A stretch of 51,549 bases of DNA from Dehalococcoidia bacterium. Lineage in GTDB: Bacteria > Chloroflexota > Dehalococcoidia > GIF9 > AB-539-J10. Positions within the stretch are counted from its first letter, which is position 1. Each line of letters starts with the position of its first letter. The notes under the pieces were generated by a model. The model was given only the letters and a program-made list of their open reading frames with translations, was not told the origin of the DNA and ran no database searches. The stretch spans positions 1-51,549 of the forward strand of contig JAGHCA010000044.1 in the NCBI GenBank assembly GCA_021160725.1, given 5' to 3'. A program made the position numbers and the translations under genes. Below, piece after piece: positions 43,985 through 51,549 of the stretch.

Positions 43985-45802
43985 ATGTGGAAAACTGAAG
44001 CCACGGGAGTGGCACGTGTGGAGATGGCAGTAAGACAGTGTCTCCCCCCCTGCGAGATCAAATGCCCGATAAATGAGGATATCCAGCGGACAAACGTGCT
44101 CATTTCCCTGCTCCCTGAAGATATGGATTCGGCAAGAGAAGGTATGATCCAGATTAGCGATTATCTCTATGAAAGAAATCCCTTCTTCAACATTTGTGGT
44201 TACATCTGCGGAATTTGTGAGCTAGAGTGTAACTACCTCAAAAAGGGTGGTGCAATTAAGAGGAGGCTCCTCAAGAGATTCTTGTCGGATGTTTATACTG
44301 AACATCTTAGGGAACTGGGAAAACTTGAGATAGTCAAAAATAAAGAAAAGGTGGCTGTTATAGGTGGTGGGCCGGGCGGGCTGATGTGTGCCTACCATTT
44401 AAGCAAGAAAGGATATAACGTAACGGTAATCGAAGCTTCTGACAGGCTCGGCGGAGCACTGTGGCTGGTTCCGGATTATCGCTTGCCCAAGGATGTTCTG
44501 CAGACTACGGTTGAAAACCTCGTAAGAATAGCTGGCATAGACGTCCGGTATAACAACAAGCTGGGAGAGGGAGATTTGACACTAGAGCAGCTGAAGAACG
44601 ATGGCTATAAGGCAATCTTCCTCGCAACCGGGCTGCCATTTCCCAGAGTGCTGACTTTTGAGGGAAAATCTTTAGAGGGGCAGGACCTGGCCGGTGTTAT
44701 GTATGGTCACACTTATCTATATGAAGTTAGTTACAATAATATCGCCCCAGATTATTTCAAAGGCAAGAGAGTCATTGTCACGGGAGGGGGGAATGTAGCC
44801 TTTGACGTGGCCAGGTCAGCTAGGAGGCACGGCGCAGAGGTCACTGTCGTAGCCCTTGAACGTGAAGATAAAGACCATAGAGATGGTATACCTGCAGACG
44901 AGCAAGAGATCCGTGGGGCCTGGGAGGAGGGCATAAAAATAATCTATAGCCGTGGTGTGAGAAAAATCATCGGAGAGAGTGGCAGATTTAAGGGAATCAA
45001 CTGCCCGACTTGCGTGAGCGTCTTTGATGAAGAGGGGTTCAATCCAAAATTTGATTGTGCGGACTGTATAGACCTGGAGGGCGATATACTCATAATCACA
45101 GTAGGGCAGGCTCCTGATAAATCACTCTTTCAGAAGGCAGGCCTTCTGGATGAGCGTGGTAGATTTAATGTTGACCATCTAACGTTGCAGAATGTGAACG
45201 AGCCTTGGGTTTTTATAGGCGGTGATGTTAGAAGGGTCGGCTTTATGGTTGAAGCTATGGGTGAAGGGCTTGTGGCTGCTGAATCAATTGACAGATATCT
45301 ACGGGGAGTGGATATGAGGGAGGGGCGAAGAAGAGATTATGAGGGATATCCAATTCCTCTGAGGAAGAATTATAAGAGTGAGCCCGAGGTGCCCTGGATG
45401 CCACCAGAGAACAGAATGCACTTCAAGATTTTTGAGCAGGGATTTACACTCAAAGAGGCGATAGAAGAAGCGCGAAGATGTGTTACTTGTGGGCCATGTC
45501 TGTCTTGTAAAGCCTGCATCTCGATTGGTTTTCAGAAGTCGTTGAGCCCAGTTGAAGTGGATGAAACAAGGTGTAGTGGTTGTGGGCATTGTGTTTATGT
45601 CTGCAATTATTATTCTGCTCATTTGATTAGCTCTGGTGAAAAAATTATATCCGCAACGGATATGTTCAGATGTAAATCCTGCGGCATGTGTGTTGCGGCT
45701 TGCCCATCTGAAGCAAGAAGAATGGTCGATGATGACACAGTGGAAAAGATAGATGAGTTGTACTCGTCTTTGATACAGCGTCCAGACCAAAATATTGTTT
45801 AG
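43985..45802 (+). CDS. GltD-like NAD(P)H flavoprotein with C-terminal poly-ferredoxin
   Basis: 605 aa. Carries CEIKCPINEDI..NICGYICGICELEC, VIGGGPGGLMCA..DYRLPKDV, VTGGGNVAFDVAR, EEARRCVTCGPCLSCKAC, CSGCGHCVYVC and CKSCGMCVAACP. Confidence 0.8.
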   Translation: MWKTEATGVARVEMAVRQCLPPCEIKCPINEDIQRTNVLISLLPEDMDSAREGMIQISDYLYERNPFFNICGYICGICELECNYLKKGGAIKRRLLKRFLSDVYTEHLRELGKLEIVKNKEKVAVIGGGPGGLMCAYHLSKKGYNVTVIEASDRLGGALWLVPDYRLPKDVLQTTVENLVRIAGIDVRYNNKLGEGDLTLEQLKNDGYKAIFLATGLPFPRVLTFEGKSLEGQDLAGVMYGHTYLYEVSYNNIAPDYFKGKRVIVTGGGNVAFDVARSARRHGAEVTVVALEREDKDHRDGIPADEQEIRGAWEEGIKIIYSRGVRKIIGESGRFKGINCPTCVSVFDEEGFNPKFDCADCIDLEGDILIITVGQAPDKSLFQKAGLLDERGRFNVDHLTLQNVNEPWVFIGGDVRRVGFMVEAMGEGLVAAESIDRYLRGVDMREGRRRDYEGYPIPLRKNYKSEPEVPWMPPENRMHFKIFEQGFTLKEAIEEARRCVTCGPCLSCKACISIGFQKSLSPVEVDETRCSGCGHCVYVCNYYSAHLISSGEKIISATDMFRCKSCGMCVAACPSEARRMVDDDTVEKIDELYSSLIQRPDQNIV

Positions 45803-45812
45803 GAGGATTGCA

Positions 45813-46259
45813 TTGAGTGAATATAAACCTAAATTAGTGTGTTTTTCCTGCAAATTTAGCTGGGGTTATCTGACAAACGAAGATATGCTCTCAAGCAAGA
45901 TAGATAACTGGCTTCCACTAATTTGCACGGGGAAAATTGATGCTACTCATATGCTGGAGGCATTCAGAGCGGGGGCTGATGGAATTTTGATACTTGGTTG
46001 TCCGGAAGGGGAGTGTCATTACCAAGATGGCAACTACGAGGCAAAAAAGAGAGTATGTTTAGTTCGCAGGCTGTTAGAGTCCGTTGGTATAGAGAAGGAA
46101 AGGGTTAGGATAGAACTATCCAGAGATCCCGAAGGCAACAGAATCCCCGAGTTGGTGAAAGAGATGAGACAAGAATTGGTAAAACTAGGTCCGGCAAAAA
46201 GGGGTCTGGTGACGGAAAAGAAATCCAAAGAGACCACTAAAGTTAGAGGAGGGAAATGA
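45813..46259 (+). CDS. mvhD: divergent MvhD-like subunit
   Basis: About 148 aa from TTG 45813, 6 nt after AGGAGG. Carries LVCFSCKFSWGY, ICTG and GCPEGECHY. The first Cys motif differs from the FACNWC form of the other copies. Confidence 0.75.
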   Translation: MSEYKPKLVCFSCKFSWGYLTNEDMLSSKIDNWLPLICTGKIDATHMLEAFRAGADGILILGCPEGECHYQDGNYEAKKRVCLVRRLLESVGIEKERVRIELSRDPEGNRIPELVKEMRQELVKLGPAKRGLVTEKKSKETTKVRGGK

Positions 46260-46260
46260 G

Positions 46261-47229
46261 ATGGCCAAGCCGAAGATTGCGATTTGCTGGTTGGGGTCGT
46301 GTGGTGGTTGTGACGAAACGGTAGTGGATATAAATGAAGTACTACTTCGGGTAGCAGCTGCGGTTGATATAGTCCTTTGGCCGGTGGCGATGGACTTCAA
46401 GTATGATAGCCTAAAAAAGATTAAAAATGGGGGAATTGTGTTGGGTATAGTCAATGGGCATGTCAGAAACTCTGAGCAAGAAGAGATAGCCAAGATACTA
46501 AGGGAGAAATCACAGCTAATTCTTGCCTTCGGTGCCTGTGCTTGCTTTGGAGGAACACCTGGATTGGCTAATCTTGCTACGAAGGAGGACATCTTCAACT
46601 GGGTGTACCGTGATGCCCCAACTGTAGTTAACCCAAATAGTAACTACCCCCAGACAATCTCCAATGTCAATGGGAAAGAACTTACTCTGCCTGAATTCTA
46701 TAACCGTGTTTATGCGTTGAATGACATCATCGATGTCGATTATTACCTGCCTGGATGTCCCCCACCTCCATATTTGGTGTTACATGCCGTGAGCGCGGCC
46801 ATCGAAAATAAATTCCCCCCCAAAGGCTCAACCTTAGCACCTCATAGAGCCCTGTGTGATAGCTGTAAACGCAATAGATCGAAGCCGGATAAAATATCAA
46901 TAAGGGAAATCAAGAGAATTCATGAGGTAGAGGCAGACCCCGATATTTGTTTTCTAGCTCAAGGAATAGTATGCCTGGGTCCAGCTACTCGTGATGGCTG
47001 TGGGGAATCCTGCATGAATATCAATATGCCGTGTCGGGGATGCTTTGGCCCTGTGGAGGGAGTCGAAGATTCCGGCGCTAAATTTATCTCTACGATGGCA
47101 TCAATTCTGGACGCAGAGAGTGATGAAGACATAGCAAGAATTGTAAGCCAGTTTGTTGACCCTGTGGGATATCTGTATCGATTTTTACTCCCCGCTTCGA
47201 TACTACAGAAAAAGCAGATTGTGAAATAG
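46261..47229 (+). CDS. mvhG: [NiFe] hydrogenase small subunit, group 3c (MvhG-like)
   Basis: 322 aa. Carries WLGSCGGCDE, GACACFGG and GCPPPP, plus C-terminal Cys clusters (CDSC, CLGPATRDGCGESC, CRGCFGP). Confidence 0.85.
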   Translation: MAKPKIAICWLGSCGGCDETVVDINEVLLRVAAAVDIVLWPVAMDFKYDSLKKIKNGGIVLGIVNGHVRNSEQEEIAKILREKSQLILAFGACACFGGTPGLANLATKEDIFNWVYRDAPTVVNPNSNYPQTISNVNGKELTLPEFYNRVYALNDIIDVDYYLPGCPPPPYLVLHAVSAAIENKFPPKGSTLAPHRALCDSCKRNRSKPDKISIREIKRIHEVEADPDICFLAQGIVCLGPATRDGCGESCMNINMPCRGCFGPVEGVEDSGAKFISTMASILDAESDEDIARIVSQFVDPVGYLYRFLLPASILQKKQIVK

Positions 47230-47252
47230 ATTAGATAGGAAAGAGGTGTACT

Positions 47253-48716
47253 GTGAGCAAAAGGATAACCATAAACCCAATAACCAGGCTTGAGGGACAT
47301 GGGAAAATCGAGATTTTTTTGGACGATAAGGGTGAAGTAGAAGATGCTTATTGGCAGGTAGTGGAGCTTAGAGGATTTGAAACTTTTTGTCTGGGTAGGC
47401 CTATAGAAGAGTTGCCGCGGATTATGCCAAATATCTGTGGCGTTTGTCCAACTCCACATAATATGGCGTCGGTGAAAGCGCTGGATGACCTGTACAGGGT
47501 AGAGCCAACTCCTCCTGCCAAGTTGATAAGGCAGCTCCATTACAATGCTTTCATAGTAGAAGACCATCTGTTGCACTTCTATATACTTTCCTCGCCTGAC
47601 TTTGTCCTTGGGCCAACTAGTGACCCGTCAGAACGGAATATTGTCGGTGTGGTGCAGAAGGTTGGATTGGAGATCGGTGGCAAGGTCATAGAGGCAAGGA
47701 AAAGATGCCGGGAGATAATCCGGCACATTGCCAGCAAGCCTGCCCATCCGGAGGGTGGCTTGCCTGGTGGAGTTTCCGTGGTAATTATCGAGGAGGACAG
47801 AAAATGGATACGGGAAACTGCCGATTTCTGTGTCGAATTTTGCCAGTTTTCTCTGGAGTTATTCAAACAGGTTGTCTTGGACAACAAAGAATATTTGAAT
47901 ATTGTCCTGAATGATGCTTACAAACTGAACACCTATTATATGGGACAGGTTGATGAGAATAATCGCTTGAATTTTTACGAAGGTAAGTGCAGGGTGGTTA
48001 ATCCAAAAGGTGAGGAGTATGCCTTGTTTGATTGCCACGATTATGTTGATTACATAGGAGAGTGGGTTGAACCATGGACATATGTTAGGTTAACTCACTT
48101 GCGACAGATAGGTTGGAAAGGCTTGAACGAGGGTGAAGCGACATCATTGTACCGTGTGGGGCCACTGGCAAGATTAAACGCAGCTGACAATATGTTAACC
48201 CCCCTCGCTCAGAGAGAATATGAGACTATGTTTGATATACTGGGAGGCAAACCTGCTCACCATACTCTCGCTTATCATTGGGCAAGGTTAATTGAAGCTT
48301 TGCAGGCTGCTGAGCATATGCAGAGAATTGCTAATGATCCTTTGCTGACCAGCAAGGATATACGCAATATGGACCTTAAGCTGGACAAGGTTGGCGTTGG
48401 TTGTGTTGAGGCATCGCGGGGAACGTTAATCCACCATTATGAAGCTGATACTGAAGGAAAAGCTACAAAGGTGAATCTTATTGTAGCAACTCAGCACAAT
48501 GCTGCCCCCATATGTTTATCTGTGAAAAAGGCGGCCAGGGAATTTGTCAAGGGTCCCCAGGTGAAGGAAGGTTTCCTCAATATGGTGGAGATGGCTTTCC
48601 GAGCATATGATCCGTGTCTGGCTTGTGCGACTCATGCCCTGCCCGGTCAGATGCCGCTTACAGTGAATATAAGAGAGCATAACGGAGGCTTGATACGGAC
48701 CTTGCAGAGACCATAA
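47253..48716 (+). CDS. mvhA: [NiFe] hydrogenase large subunit, group 3c (MvhA-like)
   Basis: 487 aa. Carries NICGVCPTPHN and the C-terminal DPCLACATH plus an extension. GTG start after AAGAGG. Confidence 0.9.
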   Translation: MSKRITINPITRLEGHGKIEIFLDDKGEVEDAYWQVVELRGFETFCLGRPIEELPRIMPNICGVCPTPHNMASVKALDDLYRVEPTPPAKLIRQLHYNAFIVEDHLLHFYILSSPDFVLGPTSDPSERNIVGVVQKVGLEIGGKVIEARKRCREIIRHIASKPAHPEGGLPGGVSVVIIEEDRKWIRETADFCVEFCQFSLELFKQVVLDNKEYLNIVLNDAYKLNTYYMGQVDENNRLNFYEGKCRVVNPKGEEYALFDCHDYVDYIGEWVEPWTYVRLTHLRQIGWKGLNEGEATSLYRVGPLARLNAADNMLTPLAQREYETMFDILGGKPAHHTLAYHWARLIEALQAAEHMQRIANDPLLTSKDIRNMDLKLDKVGVGCVEASRGTLIHHYEADTEGKATKVNLIVATQHNAAPICLSVKKAAREFVKGPQVKEGFLNMVEMAFRAYDPCLACATHALPGQMPLTVNIREHNGGLIRTLQRP

Positions 48717-48860
48717 TCTAGAGTGGATAACTTGCCTTGGACTCGGTTAGGGTTATGGCGATATTCCGATGAGCGTGTAGGCAGTTTCATAGTATAATAG
48801 TAGCGGAGAGCATAGGTTTCAGCTGCATTGTGATAGTGGTATGTGTGCTGAAGTAAGGTA

Positions 48861-50105
48861 ATGGTGAGTCTGACGCAGAGATACTACCGCAGTCTTTACG
48901 AAATAGCAGCTGTGATTAATTCAGCTGGTACTCCTAAGAACGTGCTCAATACAATTGTAGAAACTGTTGCCAAGGCAATGGATGTTAAAGGGTGCTCATT
49001 AATGCTCCTAACCCCGGACCGGAAAGATTTGCTTCAGACAGCAGCATATGGATTAAGCGACTGGTATGTCAACAAGGGCCAGTTGTCTGCCGACAAGAGT
49101 ATTCCCCAGGTGTTGAAAGGGAAGCCCGTTGCCGTATTGAACGCAACCGAGGATGAGAGAGTACAGTATAGGGAAGAGGCGAAACGGGAGGGGATTGCAT
49201 CTATGCTTTCGGTACCAGTGATATTCAAGAAAGATGTAGTGGGGGTGATAAGGGTATACACTGCAAATCAGCATGACTTCGCAGCTGACGAGATGTATTT
49301 CGTGCAGGCGGTTGCAAATCTAGGTGCTATTGCCTTGGAGAATGCCAGGAGGCTAGAACAGTGTTTTACTGAAGTAGACAAGCTGGAAGAGGAGAGACGA
49401 CAGTTTGTTCGCTTTCTCAGTGTTGTCGCTCATGATCTCCAATCACCGCTGGTTGCTATTCAGAGCTTATTATCCTATATGGTGGATGGATACACCGGAG
49501 AGATTACTGAAGGGCAAAAGGATCTGATGCAGAGGGGTATCAGGAGGGTTGATGAGCTTCTAACTTTGCTTACCGATCTGCTGGATATACCTCGTATCAG
49601 AGCTGGCCAGCTTGAGCGCGAGAAAGTAGAACTTTCTTTGCATGAGGTAGTTAAACAAGTGGTGGAAGAGCTCAGTAGTGTTGCTAAGAAGAAGGGAATA
49701 GTATTGAAGGTTGAACTACCTGAAAGTTTACCTAAAGTTTACGCATCCAAGCGACGTCTGCAACAAGTGTTGAATAACCTGATAAGTAATGCTATTAATT
49801 ATACACGTGAAGGCATGGTACTTGTAAGGGTGAAGGAATATGATAACGAGGTAGCGATTGAAACAATGGACACTGGCGTCGGCATACTACCTAGTGAGCT
49901 GCCCCGAGTGTTTGACGAGTTTTTTAGAGGGAGCAATGTGGGAACTAAAGGAACTGGATTGGGGTTATCAATATCGAAGCGAATAATTGAGGCTCATGGA
50001 GGGAAAATCTGGGTTGAGAGTCCCTGTCCCGAAACTGGTAAGGGAAGTAAATTTACTTTTACTTTGCCACAAATACGGACGCTCGAGACAGTATCTAAGA
50101 CATAA
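48861..50105 (+). CDS. GAF-domain sensor histidine kinase (cytoplasmic)
   Basis: 414 aa. N-terminal GAF-like ~160 aa, H-box [10 protein letters not shown], and HATPase_c ([24 protein letters not shown]). No hydrophobic segments. Confidence 0.85.
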   Translation: MVSLTQRYYRSLYEIAAVINSAGTPKNVLNTIVETVAKAMDVKGCSLMLLTPDRKDLLQTAAYGLSDWYVNKGQLSADKSIPQVLKGKPVAVLNATEDERVQYREEAKREGIASMLSVPVIFKKDVVGVIRVYTANQHDFAADEMYFVQAVANLGAIALENARRLEQCFTEVDKLEEERRQFVRFLSVVAHDLQSPLVAIQSLLSYMVDGYTGEITEGQKDLMQRGIRRVDELLTLLTDLLDIPRIRAGQLEREKVELSLHEVVKQVVEELSSVAKKKGIVLKVELPESLPKVYASKRRLQQVLNNLISNAINYTREGMVLVRVKEYDNEVAIETMDTGVGILPSELPRVFDEFFRGSNVGTKGTGLGLSISKRIIEAHGGKIWVESPCPETGKGSKFTFTLPQIRTLETVSKT

Positions 50106-50153
50106 TATGCGCATGTAAGGTCCCAGAACGAATAACTAAGGAGGCGATTAAAT

Positions 50154-50537
50154 ATGAAACAAAGGCCGAAGATTCTACTCGTTGATGATGATGTTGATCT
50201 TGTGAAAGTTATGAGAGGAGCTCTGGAAAGTAAGGCCTACGAGGTGGTTGTGGCCTACAATGGACAGGAAGGTTTGGAAAAGGCAAGAAAAGAGAAACCC
50301 GATCTAGTCGTTCTAGATATTTTGATGCCAGAGGCGAATGGTTTTACATTTGCCGACCAATTCCGCAAGGACCCAGTGCTTGCCAAGATTCCTGTCTTGG
50401 CACTGACCAGCTTCTCAGAGTCACTGGGGCAACCTTTCCCATTTGAGGTGTCTGAATATATTGTCAAGCCCATCAAACCAAAAGACTTGGTGGCCAAGGT
50501 AGAGGAATCTCTTAAAAAGGCTGGGATATCGCAATAG
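50154..50537 (+). CDS. single-domain response regulator (CheY-like REC)
   Basis: 127 aa. Carries KILLVDDD..VVLDILMPEANG..LTS..KP. Confidence 0.85.
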   Translation: MKQRPKILLVDDDVDLVKVMRGALESKAYEVVVAYNGQEGLEKARKEKPDLVVLDILMPEANGFTFADQFRKDPVLAKIPVLALTSFSESLGQPFPFEVSEYIVKPIKPKDLVAKVEESLKKAGISQ

Positions 50538-50693
50538 GATTGCCTCTACTTTCCATCTAGAGCGCGAATCCTGATGCATCAGACGAGGAGGTGCCTTTTT
50601 TTAGCAGACGTGCTATCATTTACAAGATCGTTTTATCAGAGTGGTGAGTAAGGGTGGATTGGTACTGCCCTTTCTGTTTAGTCAGGAGGCTAG

Positions 50694-51137
50694 ATGGGCA
50701 ATTTTGAACCAAAAATAATAGCTTTTTGCTGTAATTGGTGCTCTTATGCCGGTGCCGACCTGGCGGGCACTTCCAGAATCCAATACCATCCCGCTATAAG
50801 GATAATCAGGGTTATGTGTAGTGGCAGGGTAAGCCCTCTCTTTGTCCTTAAAGCGATTAGCATCGGTGCTGATGGCGTGTTGGTCCTTGGTTGTCATCCC
50901 GGTGATTGCCACTACATTGAAGGAAATTACAAGACGCTACGTCGTATCCCGTTACTCAAGAGGATTTTGAAGCAGTTTGGGATAGAGGAAGAAAGAGTTC
51001 GGCTGGAGTGGGTTTCCGCGTCTGAGGGAGCAAGATTTGCTGAGGTGGCTAATAGTTTTACTCAATCCATAAAAAACCTTGGGCCAAATACATTGGGCCA
51101 TTTAAAGCAGAATTCTAAGGAGGCAAAGCATGGCTAA
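50694..51137 (+). CDS. mvhD: MvhD (fourth copy in the window)
   Basis: 147 aa. Carries FCCNWCSYAGADLAG, MCSG and GCHPGDCHY. Confidence 0.9.
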   Translation: MGNFEPKIIAFCCNWCSYAGADLAGTSRIQYHPAIRIIRVMCSGRVSPLFVLKAISIGADGVLVLGCHPGDCHYIEGNYKTLRRIPLLKRILKQFGIEEERVRLEWVSASEGARFAEVANSFTQSIKNLGPNTLGHLKQNSKEAKHG

Positions 51138-51549
51138 ACTGAAAATAGCTCTTTACTGGGCGGCTAGTTGTGGCGGTTGCGACATCGCCACCCTGGCAAT
51201 AGGCGACAAAATTCTGAAGCTGGCCGAGGCTGCCGACATCGTGTTCTGGCCGGTTGGCTTAGATTTCAAATATGCTGACGTAGAGAAGATGCCCGATAAA
51301 AGTATTGACGCCTGTCTCTTTAATGGGGCTATCAGGACTTCGGAGAACGAGCACATTGCCAAACTCTTACGAGCTAAGTCCAAATTGATGATTGCCTATG
51401 GCTCTTGTTCTTATGAGGGTTGTATCCCAGGGCTGTCTAATTTTTATGACCGAAAAACGACCTTCGAACGCGCCTATATCGAAACCCCGACGACTGATAA
51501 TCCTAAGAAAATCCTTCCCCAGACGAAAGTTAAGGTACCCGAGGGCGAA
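51130..51549 (+). CDS. mvhG: MvhG-like [NiFe] hydrogenase small subunit, 5' partial (runs off the window)
   Basis: Not in the ORF track because it is open-ended. My own translation from ATG 51130 gives MAKLKIALYWAASCGGCDIA..VFWPVGLDFKY..GSCSYEGC, collinear with the MvhG at 46261. ATGGCTAA start/stop overlap with mvhD. Confidence 0.8.
   Translation, partial: MAKLKIALYWAASCGGCDIATLAIGDKILKLAEAADIVFWPVGLDFKYADVEKMPDKSIDACLFNGAIRTSENEHIAKLLRAKSKLMIAYGSCSYEGCIPGLSNFYDRKTTFERAYIETPTTDNPKKILPQTKVKVPEGE

Noticed and set aside
50660-50675. TGGTAC-N5-TTTC upstream of the fourth mvhD, as a sigma-54 promoter.
   Set aside because: The invariant GC is TC. The predicted start site would also fall inside the AGGAGG RBS only ~8 nt before the ATG, leaving no functional leader.
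1-51549. Search for CRISPR arrays, transposases, integrases, phage genes, toxin-antitoxin or other defence systems, and rRNA/tRNA genes.
   Set aside because: I found no regularly spaced repeats, no terminal inverted repeats, no recombinase-like ORFs and no tRNA-like sequence. Every ORF over 100 aa that I accept has a metabolic, regulatory or housekeeping assignment.

Overview
Chromosomal window from a strictly anaerobic-looking bacterium. The taxon cannot be fixed from sequence alone; the T-box leader, DnaD/DnaI-type helicase-loading genes and sigma-54 regulon suggest a Chloroflexota- or Firmicutes-like lineage (low confidence). Positions 1-13.1 kb are ordinary housekeeping: argH-argG behind an Arg-type T-box leader, an MFS/PadR pair, dnaB-dnaD-dnaI-like genes, rplI, a decayed trxB, an M20 hydrolase, and yceD-rpmF-fabD-nusB. 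From 13.2 kb to the window end lies a dense redox island. It starts with a regulator operon (short sigma-54-like factor, sensor kinase with a [FeFe]-hydrogenase-like input domain, NtrC-type activator), followed by one near-consensus sigma-54 promoter and a response regulator with a duplicated Cys4 output. Next come two paralogous Hdr/MvhD clusters, in which two HdrA proteins carry an inserted GltD/NfnB-like NAD(P)H module, and then NfnAB. These are followed by a [NiFe] hydrogenase with NuoE/NuoF/NuoG-like (Bfu-type) partners and a NuoF-GltD fusion, a GltD-like ferredoxin flavoprotein heading an MvhDGA (group 3c) hydrogenase operon, a GAF kinase plus REC pair, and the start of a third MvhD-MvhG pair. 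The same GltD-like module occurs five times. I saw no rRNA, tRNA, CRISPR array, transposase or integrase. The most interesting candidate for an undescribed system is the HdrA-GltD hybrid complexes together with their putative H2/redox-sensing sigma-54 control module.
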